Origin: an uncultured Candidatus Saccharibacteria bacterium
GTDB taxonomy: Bacteria > Patescibacteriota > Doudnabacteria > UBA920
Assembly: GCA_964557735.1 (NCBI GenBank)
Contig: CAZLAR010000001.1
Location: 1 to 41,863, forward strand
Direction of reading: 5' to 3'
Length of the DNA: 41,863 nt
Each line of letters starts with the position of its first letter. The stretch's first letter is position 1. The position numbers and the translations under genes were made by a program. Below the pieces are notes generated by a model. The model had not been told where the DNA came from, made no database searches, and saw only the letters and a program-made list of their open reading frames with translations. Of this stretch, positions 19,489 through 27,139 are shown in pieces.

Positions 19489-20039
19489 TCTGGTTTAGTC
19501 ATTAAGTTGCTATAAACTGCGGTAATATCTTCATGCTCTTCAAGGGTTTCTAGTAAAAGTTCAGCTTTGTCTAGTTCGTCGCCAGTTAGTTCGACTGGCT
19601 GAGTGCTTTCTAGCTCCCCTTCGGCATTCTTGGCAAACTGCCACGAAACGCTGCCTTTGGTTCCCAGGCTACCGCCATGTTTGGTGAAAATTAGTTTGAT
19701 TTGCTGAACGGTGCGGTTAGTATTGTCGGTAATTGCCTCTATTAAATAGGCAGAACCACTTGGGCCGTAGCCTTCGTAGACAGCTTCTTCTAACGCAACT
19801 GAGCCATCTTGGCCTAAACCTTTCTTAATTGCGCGTTCTATATTGTCGTTCGGCATTGATTGCGCGCGAGCTTTATCGACTTCCAAACGAAGACGAAAGT
19901 TTAAAGCCGGGTCGCCGCTATTGCCTTCTTTGGCCGCAACGCTGATTTTCTTGGAAAGCTTGGCAAACATAGCTCCTCGTTTAGCGTCTGCAGCGCCTTT
20001 TTGGCGTTTAATTGTTGACCATTTGGAGTGTCCTGACAT
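19485..20039 (-). CDS. yebC: YebC/PmpR-family protein, shortened form
   Basis: 184 aa. [30 protein letters not shown] signature. About 60 residues shorter than E. coli YebC (246 aa); the middle/C-terminal alpha-beta segment is missing. Confidence 0.85.
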   Translation of the reverse strand: MSGHSKWSTIKRQKGAADAKRGAMFAKLSKKISVAAKEGNSGDPALNFRLRLEVDKARAQSMPNDNIERAIKKGLGQDGSVALEEAVYEGYGPSGSAYLIEAITDNTNRTVQQIKLIFTKHGGSLGTKGSVSWQFAKNAEGELESTQPVELTGDELDKAELLLETLEEHEDITAVYSNLMTKPE

Positions 20040-20068
20040 GGTTTTTGTTTCAATTAACGGTAAGTTAC

Positions 20069-20746
20069 CTATTTAAATGATAGCAGAAAAGTGATCTCAC
20101 CCTTGATGCTAGGGCTGGTTTTTAGTTTCCCGTTGAGTTTTTCAAGTAGTTCTGTGGGGGTGCCGGTTAGATATTCTTCATGAAGTTTGGTAAGTTCGCG
20201 GGCAACTACGCAATGCACTTCTGGAAAATTCTTCTCTATATATTGCAATGTTTTAATAATACGCTGCGGTGATTCGTAAGTAACCAGAGTTGCTTCGGCG
20301 GTCTTTGCTTGATTTACTAGTTCAACAACTTTGTGTTCAGTTTTGGGAAAGAAGCCAGCGAACATGTATCGGTCAGTTGGTAAACCTGATGCAGACAATG
20401 CGGTAGTCGCGGCGTTAGCTCCAGGCAGAGCAACTACTTCGATGCTAGCAGCGTGCGCGGCTCGAACTAAGCGAAAACCTGGATCAGAGATTCCTGGAGT
20501 GCCAGCGTCGCTAACGAGACATGCAGTTTCGTTTGCCAGGCGCGCAATATATTTATCTGTTACCAGTCTTTCATTGTGGTCTGCGAATTGTACAAGAGGT
20601 TTCTTCGGCAATCCCAAGAGCTTCAATAATTTTCCTGTTGTGAGTGGATTCTCGGCAATTATAAAATCACACGCACTAAGTTGTTCTTGCGCGCGTGCAG
20701 TAATATCTCCTAAATTTCCTAGTGGTGTGGGGACGATGTATAGCAT
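20069..20746 (-). CDS. rsmI: 16S rRNA (cytidine1402-2'-O)-methyltransferase RsmI
   Basis: 225 aa. [16 protein letters not shown] start and [11 protein letters not shown] motif of the tetrapyrrole-methylase-fold RsmI family. Confidence 0.88.
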   Translation of the reverse strand: MLYIVPTPLGNLGDITARAQEQLSACDFIIAENPLTTGKLLKLLGLPKKPLVQFADHNERLVTDKYIARLANETACLVSDAGTPGISDPGFRLVRAAHAASIEVVALPGANAATTALSASGLPTDRYMFAGFFPKTEHKVVELVNQAKTAEATLVTYESPQRIIKTLQYIEKNFPEVHCVVARELTKLHEEYLTGTPTELLEKLNGKLKTSPSIKGEITFLLSFK

Positions 20747-20770
20747 ATGGTTCGTTGTAAGTGTAGCGAG

Positions 20771-21043
20771 CTAGCGATCCTTTAATTCCAAGCCAAATAA
20801 TTCTTCGATGATGTCGTATTCTAATTTCAGTTTGTCGCGGTAGGTATCTAGTTCGTCGCGTTCATCTCCTGTGGCGTTGAACCATTGGTCATAAGTATTT
20901 TTTAGTTCGTCATCAATTGCTTGGCAAGCGGCATACGCTTCTTCTTCATTGGTTGGGGCAGTTTGTAACCACTCGGAATATGACATCTCCAACTTAGGAG
21001 CATACTTGTCATCAAAAAGTTCTTGCTGTTTATCTGGATCCAT
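20771..21043 (-). CDS. Hypothetical acidic protein
   Basis: 90-aa ORF packed between the NUDIX gene and rsmI in the same operon. No motif recognised. Confidence 0.5.
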   Translation of the reverse strand: MDPDKQQELFDDKYAPKLEMSYSEWLQTAPTNEEEAYAACQAIDDELKNTYDQWFNATGDERDELDTYRDKLKLEYDIIEELFGLELKDR

Positions 21044-21044
21044 G

Positions 21045-21470
21045 TTACTTGATTTCTTTACCGAGAAAACTTCTTTCTAAATCGTTTATAACAACTTTAT
21101 CTTCGAGGATTATATCAGATCTCTCTAACGCATCTTCTGTGTAAAACCATTCTCCGGATTCATCGTCACTGACCTTTATTGTGTCTTCCCAACCTGCTTT
21201 TGGTTCAAACAAGAAAATGTTTTTTGTGCTGCCCTTGTAAAACTTGTATACATTAAAAAGTTGAACTTCTGGTATTGATATATCAATACCTATTTCCTCT
21301 CGCACTTCTCGAATAAGCGCTTCTTCCGGAGTCTCGCTACCTTCTAAACCCCCGCCCCAAAAACCGTAATAGTTTGGAATTCTTTCAGCATTAGGAGATC
21401 TTTTTTGAAGATAGACTTTGAGTCTATCCCCTTCTTTCTTAAATGGGATGAAACTTGAAACTTGGCGCAT
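21045..21470 (-). CDS. NUDIX hydrolase
   Basis: Canonical Nudix box GGGLEGSETPEEALIREVREEIGI. I take the start at ATG 21470 (MRQVSSF), because the track extension to 21515 runs through the tRNA-Ile gene. Confidence 0.85.
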   Translation of the reverse strand: MRQVSSFIPFKKEGDRLKVYLQKRSPNAERIPNYYGFWGGGLEGSETPEEALIREVREEIGIDISIPEVQLFNVYKFYKGSTKNIFLFEPKAGWEDTIKVSDDESGEWFYTEDALERSDIILEDKVVINDLERSFLGKEIK

Positions 21471-21481
21471 ATTGGATTCTC

Positions 21482-21558
21482 TGGTGCGCGTGCATGGATT
21501 CGAACCATGGACCACAAAGGTATAAGCTTTGCGCTCTAACCAACTGAGCTACACGCGC
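21482..21558 (-). tRNA. tRNA-Ile with genomic anticodon TAT (UAU)
   Basis: Hand fold: GCGCGTG TA GCTC AGTTGGTTA GAGC G CAAAG CTTATAC CTTTG TGGTC CATGG TTCGAAT CCATG CACGCGC A CCA. All stems are perfect, the D-arm is Ile-like, and CCA is encoded. Confidence 0.8.
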
Positions 21559-21580
21559 ATGTTTATTGAATTACTTAGGT

Positions 21581-21609
21581 ATTATAGGGAACTATGGGCT
21601 TTGGGGCAA
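21581..21609 (-). promoter_or_regulatory. Promoter of the tRNA-Ile/NUDIX/rsmI/yebC/ruvC transcription unit
   Basis: On the minus strand: TTGCCC (21604-21609), 17-nt spacer, TATAAT (21581-21586), about 20 nt upstream of the tRNA 5' end. Confidence 0.55.
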
Positions 21610-21610
21610 T

Positions 21611-21640
21611 AAAAAAGGAACCAGCTTGTTTGCTGGTTCC
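21611..21640 (-). terminator. Intrinsic terminator of the 158-aa gene
   Basis: GGAACCAGC (21617-21625) pairs with GCTGGTTCC (21632-21640), followed on the minus strand by TTTTTT. Confidence 0.75.
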
Positions 21641-21667
21641 AGAATTCGCATTACCAATTTATAGTTG

Positions 21668-22144
21668 TTAGTCTGAGGGCCTAGTGTTTAGGATTCCATA
21701 CTTCCCACCTTTAAATTTTGACCTGAAGCTTAACCCCTCTTTTTTAAACTTCCTATTGATGGATCCATCTAATCTCCACCAGTTTTGAGTGAGCTCAAAG
21801 TCTTCCATCGACCCCGTATTTACTAGACCTGATAAGGCTGAATCACGGGAAAGCATAAGTTCGCCAAATTTCTGGGCTTTGCGATAGTTTTGTAAGACAA
21901 TTCTTTCTCTCTCATTCCAGAAATCAAAAGATAGAATTTGTTCCCAAGTTTCTTGAGAAAGAACTTCGTAAATAAAAGTTCGCTTTTTCTGGCGAGCACT
22001 ACTCGCTTTGCGAACAACCAAACGAACTTCCAACTTTTCGTCTTCTTTGAGTCCTGCTTGTGATTTCCAAGCGGAAAGCAGTTTAATAAGCTCTACGTTC
22101 TGATTGAGCCTTTGCGTCATCTTTTTTAAAACCTCTTCGTACAT
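21668..22144 (-). CDS. Hypothetical protein (158 aa), no recognisable family
   Basis: Strong AGGAGG Shine-Dalgarno before the ATG. Own promoter: TTGACA 22201-22206, 17-nt spacer, TACTAT 22178-22183 (minus strand). Own terminator. Confidence 0.65.
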   Translation of the reverse strand: MYEEVLKKMTQRLNQNVELIKLLSAWKSQAGLKEDEKLEVRLVVRKASSARQKKRTFIYEVLSQETWEQILSFDFWNERERIVLQNYRKAQKFGELMLSRDSALSGLVNTGSMEDFELTQNWWRLDGSINRKFKKEGLSFRSKFKGGKYGILNTRPSD

Positions 22145-22229
22145 ACTTTCCTCCTAGTTTTGCTTCGGTAACATTGAATAGTACTACAAAATTAACTTTG
22201 TGTCAATGACTCAGCGGCCCTTTACGAGT

Positions 22230-22257
22230 TTGACAACATTTTTTAGTCTGATATAAT
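22230..22257 (+). promoter_or_regulatory. Consensus sigma-70-type promoter firing into a non-coding spacer
   Basis: TTGACA (22230-22235), 16-nt spacer, TATAAT (22252-22257). It diverges from the promoter of the 158-aa gene, with -35 elements 23 bp apart. Confidence 0.6.
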
Positions 22258-22263
22258 AAATTC

Positions 22264-22345
22264 AAATAACAGCTGAATACTGCCACGTTTTGGCGGGTGT
22301 CTGAGAAATTAGAATAGGCTGCTCCCCCTACCCATGGGGGTTTTA
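22264..22345 (+). ncRNA. Candidate small RNA of about 80 nt (unknown family)
   Basis: Bounded by the consensus promoter and a plus-strand terminator (CCCCC 22324-22328, loop TACCCAT, GGGGG 22336-22340, then TTTT). Internal hairpin CTGCCA-CGTTT-TGGCGG. The longest ATG ORF is 4 codons. Confidence 0.4.
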
Positions 22346-22351
22346 TAATGC

Positions 22352-22942
22352 CTAAATTTCTATCAAATAATCTTTGCTTTTCGCTTTCTGATAAATATCG
22401 CTTAGATCCGTGTTTTTCTTAGCTTCTCGCGCAAAACCACAAATAGCGTCGGCAAGGCGCATTATAGAATCCGCCTCTTCTTTTCTCACACCTCGAACTT
22501 TTTCCACTCGAACAGAATTCCTCCTTAAGCCTGACCCAAACCGTTTTACCTGTGATTTTGGTAGACCATCAACAAACACTCTAACTCTATACCTGTCTAT
22601 TGCGACATTTTTTATGGCTTGTGATGTGGCGTAGACTAATGAATGAAAATAATCCTTTGTATTAGTAAACTCCATAAAACAGAATTTGCTTTGCAATTCT
22701 GTAATATTAATTATATTCTTAATATAAGCAATTTTTTGCTCAGCTTTAGTATTTACCCATTTTCGTTTCCCTTTCTTTGATTTCAATTCAATGGTTTCCA
22801 AAGTTTTCCGCAATTCATCTTGGTCATTCTGACTGATAATTATTGATACAATAAATAACTCACCTTTTGTATCTTGGCCAGTTTCGTCAACATAACAATA
22901 GATTTTCTGCTTTTTGTTTGGTACTTGCATACCATTTAGCAT
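22352..22942 (-). CDS. DUF3800-family protein
   Basis: 196 aa. N-terminal IYCYVDETGQD and C-terminal RLADAICGF match the DUF3800 pattern (yiDEsG ... ADxxxg). No Shine-Dalgarno. The alternative start ATG 22930 (MQVPNKK) lies 7 nt after a TGTTATGCT extended -10. Confidence 0.6.
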   Translation of the reverse strand: MLNGMQVPNKKQKIYCYVDETGQDTKGELFIVSIIISQNDQDELRKTLETIELKSKKGKRKWVNTKAEQKIAYIKNIINITELQSKFCFMEFTNTKDYFHSLVYATSQAIKNVAIDRYRVRVFVDGLPKSQVKRFGSGLRRNSVRVEKVRGVRKEEADSIMRLADAICGFAREAKKNTDLSDIYQKAKSKDYLIEI

Positions 22943-22966
22943 AACAAAACAGTCTTCAAGATAACC

Positions 22967-22985
22967 TCAAGAAAATATAAAGTTT
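22967..22985. repeat. Copy 1 (19-nt core) of an upstream motif shared with the two homing-endonuclease genes
   Basis: TCAAGAAAATATAAAGTTT, identical to 29097-29115 and 32500-32518. Lies between the gyrA terminator and the DUF3800 start. Confidence 0.8.
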
Positions 22986-23002
22986 CAATCAAGGTTTAAT
23001 TA

Positions 23003-23031
23003 CAAAAAACCAGCCCTTAAGCTGGTTTTTA
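23003..23031. terminator. Intrinsic terminator after gyrA
   Basis: CCAGC (23010-23014), loop CCTTAA, GCTGG (23021-23025), with an A6 run and a T5 run flanking. Confidence 0.7.
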
Positions 23032-23041
23032 TCTTTTGAGT

Positions 23042-25513
23042 TTACACCACAGTCACACTCGCCACTGTATCGCCATCTGCGAGGCGCATGACTTTAACAC
23101 CTTGTGTTGCGCGACCTAAAGTAGAAATTGTTTTTATTGGTGTCTTAATGGTTTGGCCTTGCTTAGAAATAATTAATAAGTCTTTTGTCTCGCCATCTTC
23201 TGGAGTAATGATGCTCATGGAAACAATCTTGCCAGTCTTTGGAGTTATCTTTACAGTTTTAATTCCGCTACCGCCACGCTTCTGGATCTTGTAATCTTTT
23301 ACAGGAGTTTGTTTACCCAAACCATGTTCGGTAACAACCAATACGTTGCGGCCTTGGCCTTCCATATCTTTGGTAATAATATCCATGGAGATAATATGGT
23401 CATCCTTACGGAGGCGTGCGCCAGTTACACCGGCCGCACTGCGACCCATAGCCCGCACATCAGCTTCTTTAAAGCGAATAGCTTGCCCATCTTCTGTGGA
23501 AAGCATGACTTCGTCGCCACCAGAACTTGGCTCTACCCAGCGAAGCTCATCTTCTCCTTTAAGACCAATGGCAATCATCCCGGATTTGCGCACTTTAGCG
23601 AATTCTTCAATCGCAACCTTTTTTACAAGACCATTGCGGGTAGACATTACCAAGAATTTAGAGTCGCTCTTTTTCGGTAGCGCTAAGACAGCGGTCGCAA
23701 ACTCGCCGCTACCTAATTGTAGAAAGTTAACCAAAGCCTGGCCCTTACTGGTGCGAGAACTGTCTGGTAATTCGTAAGCTTTGGTTACAAATACGCGGCC
23801 TTTATTGGTAAAGAACATGATGTCGTCGTGGGTGGTGGCAGATAGGACCGAGTCAACAATATCTTCGTCTTTCAAAGATTGACCAATTACTCCTCGGCCA
23901 CCGCGAACCTGTGAACGGTAAGTATCCGGCGACTGGCGTTTAATGTATCCGGATTTGGTAATAGAAATAATAACGTTGTTCTCTGGAATTAAGTCTTCAG
24001 CGTTAAACTGACCAATGCCTTGAGGAATAATTTGAGTGCGGCGTTCATCACCAAACTTGTCTTTAATTTCTGCAATCTCACCTTTAATAATTCCTAAAAT
24101 CTTTTTAGCAGAACTTAAGATGCCTTCTAGTTCAGCAATTAACTTTAACTTTTCTTTAAGTTCGTCTTCAATTTTCTTGCGTTCTAAGCCAGCAAGAGTT
24201 TGCAAACGCATGTCCAAGATTGCATTGGTTTGAATTTCGGTAAGTTTAAACTTTTTAATTAATTTGTCTTGTGCTTCATGACGGTCGGCACTCCCACGAA
24301 TGATCTTAATAACTTCGTCGATGTGGTCGAGCGCAGTTTTTAAACCTTCTAAAATGTGAGCACGATCTTTGGCGCGTTGTAGTTCAAAAGCTGTACGACG
24401 ACGAACTACAGTCTGACGATGCTTTAAATAGTTTTCTAAAATTGTCTTCAGGTTCATGACCTGTGGCTGGATCCCTTCCTCCAAAGCCAACGTATTCATG
24501 TGAAAAGTTTCTTGCAGCTGAGTGTAAGAAAACAGTTGATTCAAAATTTTGTTCGCAAGTGCTTCTTTTTTGAGATCAATTACTACGCGCACACCGTCTT
24601 TGTCGGACTCATCGCGCACATCTTTTATTCCTTCTAGTTTTTTATCGCGCACTAAGTCTGCAATGCGTTGAAGCATAGTTGCTTTGTTAACCTGATAAGG
24701 AATTTCAGTAATTAAAATTCGAGCTGCACCAGTTTTAGTTTCTTCAATTTCAGTTCGACCGCGCATGACAATCCCACCCTTACCGGTTGCATATGCCGCT
24801 TTAATTGCAGCACTATCGTAAATAATTCCACCAGTTGGAAAGTCGGGACCAGTGACAATGTCCGATAAAGCGTCTATAGAAATTTCTGGGTCTTCAATAA
24901 TCGCTGTAATAGCGTTAGCGATTTCAGTTAAGTTGTGCGGCGGAATGTTTGTTGCCATTCCTACAGCAATCCCCAGCGTGCCGTTAAGCAGCAAAAGAGG
25001 CATTTTTCCTGGTAAAACAGACGGTTCTTTTTGAGTAGCGTCATAGTTGTCTCGAAAATCGACGGTATCTTTTTCAATGTCTTCTAGGAGAACTTCAGCA
25101 ACGGCGCTCATTTTGGCTTCAGTGTAACGCATGGCCGCGGCGCCATCACCATCCATAGAACCAAAGTTACCCTGACCAATAATTAGCGGATAGCGCATAG
25201 CAAACTCTTGGGCCATGTGCACCATAGAGTCGTATACAGCCGTGTCGCCATGGGGATGATATTTACCTAACACTTCACCGACAACAGTTGCAGACTTACG
25301 AGTCTTACCAGAAGCACGCAAGCCAAGAGAGTTCATAGCATAAAGAATACGGCGATGCACCGGCTTCAGCCCGTCGCGAACATCTGGCAAGGCGCGCATG
25401 ACAATTACCGTCATGGCGTAATCCAAATACGATTCGTGCATTTCGTCGGCAAGATATCGCTTGTTGATTAGTCCAATATTTTTGCTGAGTTCTTCTTTGG
25501 CATCTTTTGGCAT
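23042..25513 (-). CDS. gyrA: DNA gyrase subunit A
   Basis: 823 aa. [14 protein letters not shown], active-site AAMRYTE, C-terminal beta-pinwheel repeats. No gyrB in this window. Confidence 0.96.
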   Translation of the reverse strand: MPKDAKEELSKNIGLINKRYLADEMHESYLDYAMTVIVMRALPDVRDGLKPVHRRILYAMNSLGLRASGKTRKSATVVGEVLGKYHPHGDTAVYDSMVHMAQEFAMRYPLIIGQGNFGSMDGDGAAAMRYTEAKMSAVAEVLLEDIEKDTVDFRDNYDATQKEPSVLPGKMPLLLLNGTLGIAVGMATNIPPHNLTEIANAITAIIEDPEISIDALSDIVTGPDFPTGGIIYDSAAIKAAYATGKGGIVMRGRTEIEETKTGAARILITEIPYQVNKATMLQRIADLVRDKKLEGIKDVRDESDKDGVRVVIDLKKEALANKILNQLFSYTQLQETFHMNTLALEEGIQPQVMNLKTILENYLKHRQTVVRRRTAFELQRAKDRAHILEGLKTALDHIDEVIKIIRGSADRHEAQDKLIKKFKLTEIQTNAILDMRLQTLAGLERKKIEDELKEKLKLIAELEGILSSAKKILGIIKGEIAEIKDKFGDERRTQIIPQGIGQFNAEDLIPENNVIISITKSGYIKRQSPDTYRSQVRGGRGVIGQSLKDEDIVDSVLSATTHDDIMFFTNKGRVFVTKAYELPDSSRTSKGQALVNFLQLGSGEFATAVLALPKKSDSKFLVMSTRNGLVKKVAIEEFAKVRKSGMIAIGLKGEDELRWVEPSSGGDEVMLSTEDGQAIRFKEADVRAMGRSAAGVTGARLRKDDHIISMDIITKDMEGQGRNVLVVTEHGLGKQTPVKDYKIQKRGGSGIKTVKITPKTGKIVSMSIITPEDGETKDLLIISKQGQTIKTPIKTISTLGRATQGVKVMRLADGDTVASVTVV

Positions 25514-25535
25514 AGTGGTAGTGCGTTAAGTGAAA

Positions 25536-25757
25536 TTATGGTTGAGTAGTGAGATCTTGAGGAACAATTTCTTTGCCTTCCTCAACACCTTGATTAAAGG
25601 TTTGGAAAAAACTTTCGTCGGTGGTGGTCTTGCGGCCATTGCCGATTATCATCCAAACAATTAGTAGTAGGGCGGCGAAGATTGCTGCACAGATCCAAAT
25701 AATACGCTCTCGATGATGTTCCGGCTTGTTGCGAATGTTTTCTATAACTTTTTTCAT
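25536..25757 (-). CDS. Small membrane-anchored protein, unknown function
   Basis: 73-aa ORF with one TM helix (IIWICAAIFAALLLIVWMII), packed between gyrA and the MBL-fold gene. Confidence 0.45.
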   Translation of the reverse strand: MKKVIENIRNKPEHHRERIIWICAAIFAALLLIVWMIIGNGRKTTTDESFFQTFNQGVEEGKEIVPQDLTTQP

Positions 25758-25782
25758 GTTGGTGTTTTTGTTTGGTGCGTTT

Positions 25783-26433
25783 TTAACGAAGCGGGTCTAA
25801 AGTGATGATCTGCATTCTTTCTGGATCTAAATCTTTCTTCTTGATCAACAGTTTTTCCATGTTCTCTGACTTGCCACCCATTTCTTTAATGAAACCATCA
25901 ACTTTTTCGTAAGGGAGTTTTAATCCTTCGGTTGCGTAGTGTGATGGAATGACAATTTTTGGTTCAATCTCATGGGCAATCTTGGAAGCGTCTTTGGCTG
26001 TCATTACTGAGTTGCCTCCGACTGGGAGAATTAGGATGTCGATTTCGCCAAGAGAGTCTAGGTCATCTTCTTTCATGTTGAACGTGCGGATGTGGTTTAG
26101 GTTTAAAATGCGCATGTCTTCGGCCTCGATTAAAGTGGCGGTGACGTAGCGCGGTTTGCCGTCTTTGGTCTCATCCCCTTCTTGCTTAAGTGGGATGCCG
26201 GTCACGGTAACGCCTTTTAAGTCGTAATCGCCGGGGTCATCCATTAAAAATGGTTCGCCGGAAAAGCCAGAAGTGGCAGAATAGAGCTTGTTAAGTTTTT
26301 CGGAAAGAATAACGATGTCTGCTGCGCCGCGGGGTGAAAGTAGGCCGGATTCCTTATCAAAAGGGTCAGTGATTACGGTGGCGTCTTTGGTCGTAATCTT
26401 GAAGCTGGAAAGGCCGAAATAGTGGATTTGCAT
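25783..26433 (-). CDS. Metallo-beta-lactamase-fold hydrolase (UPF0173-like)
   Basis: I take the start at ATG 26433 (MQIHYFGLSSFKI). TGCTATAAT extended -10 lies 6 nt upstream. N-terminal strand pattern and DPF motif of the MBL superfamily. Confidence 0.7.
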   Translation of the reverse strand: MQIHYFGLSSFKITTKDATVITDPFDKESGLLSPRGAADIVILSEKLNKLYSATSGFSGEPFLMDDPGDYDLKGVTVTGIPLKQEGDETKDGKPRYVTATLIEAEDMRILNLNHIRTFNMKEDDLDSLGEIDILILPVGGNSVMTAKDASKIAHEIEPKIVIPSHYATEGLKLPYEKVDGFIKEMGGKSENMEKLLIKKKDLDPERMQIITLDPLR

Positions 26434-26519
26434 AAGGAAATTATAGCATTTATTGAAAGATTTTACACTTGACAAAGTGATGAATAGATGTCATAGTGCA
26501 ATAAAATGGGAGGAAAATT

Positions 26520-26822
26520 ATGAAAGAATATGAGGCAATTTGCTTTATAAACCTTGTGGAAGATCGTGAATGGGATGAAGAGTTATCTCATTGTGGGAAT
26601 TGTTCCGCCCAACTGTATCGGGCATTTATATTCTGCCCAATGTGTGGGCAAACAAATACCGACTTTGACCCATTATATAACGGGTCAGTTGATCCAGCCG
26701 TGGTGTGTCAGGAGATCCACGGGAGCTTTGTTCCCGAAGTTGATACCCCGTATTGCGGAAGCTGTGGGGTAAAAATTCGGCATATGACTCTGAGCCCCAA
26801 CCACCGTCATGTACTATTGTAG
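26520..26822 (+). CDS. Zinc-ribbon protein, unknown function
   Basis: 100 aa. GGGAGG Shine-Dalgarno. CxxC pairs CGNC...CPMC and CGSC. Confidence 0.55.
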   Translation: MKEYEAICFINLVEDREWDEELSHCGNCSAQLYRAFIFCPMCGQTNTDFDPLYNGSVDPAVVCQEIHGSFVPEVDTPYCGSCGVKIRHMTLSPNHRHVLL

Positions 26823-26875
26823 TGCTAAGGCCAAAAATCGAGTTCAAATCGATCCAGGCCTTTTCTTTTTATCCC

Positions 26876-26904
26876 TTTACAAACCCCTAATAAATAGCTA
26901 TAAT
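26876..26904 (+). promoter_or_regulatory. Near-consensus promoter about 235 nt upstream of rpsA
   Basis: TTTACA (26876-26881), 17-nt spacer, TATAAT (26899-26904). Confidence 0.6.
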
Positions 26905-26910
26905 TTCCCT

Positions 26911-27058
26911 ACTTACTGGCGCACGCGCCGTTCAGGTGTCACAACCTATAAACTTAAATTTTAACCCCCAGTAAGTCTAAGTAATGGCGTGTTTAATAAT
27001 TAATATATGAATACTCGTTTTTAGATTTCACACAACGTCTAGACGTTGTTTTTATTTT
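26911..27058 (+). ncRNA. Candidate structured RNA of about 150 nt: rpsA leader/attenuator or independent sRNA
   Basis: Runs from the promoter to a perfect palindromic terminator (ACAACGTCT/AGACGTTGT 27032-27049, then TTTTATTTT). 9-bp closing helix ACTTACTGG (26911-26919) / CCAGTAAGT (26968-26976). AU-rich single-stranded stretch at 26991-27012. Confidence 0.4.
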
Positions 27059-27139
27059 GTTCCGCTGCCGCTCCGTAAGCGCCGGCCACATCAAAATAGA
27101 TTTATAAAGCGCATATATTAGGAAAGAAGATAAATTAAT

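Noticed and set aside
21471-21515. N-terminal extensions in the ORF track:
- 21515 for the NUDIX gene
- 5945 for the bPH gene
- 26475 for the MBL gene
- 30093 for the hydrolase-like gene
- 30667 for the kinase remnant
- 32502 for the LAGLIDADG gene
- 38247 for the NUDIX-like gene
   Set aside because: The extensions run through a tRNA gene, a terminator hairpin, a promoter or the preceding ORF, and several use non-ATG starts. Internal ATGs with a proper -10 or Shine-Dalgarno context fit better.
22321-22345. On the minus strand the hairpin region reads CCCCCATGGGTAGGGGGAGCAGCC. The AGCAGCC is reminiscent of the conserved 3' side of SRP RNA helix 8.
   Set aside because: There is no GNRA-type tetraloop, no matching 5'-side CAGG motif and no enclosing helix 5. 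There is also no minus-strand promoter, because the site lies directly after the DUF3800 stop. The resemblance is limited to 7 nt.
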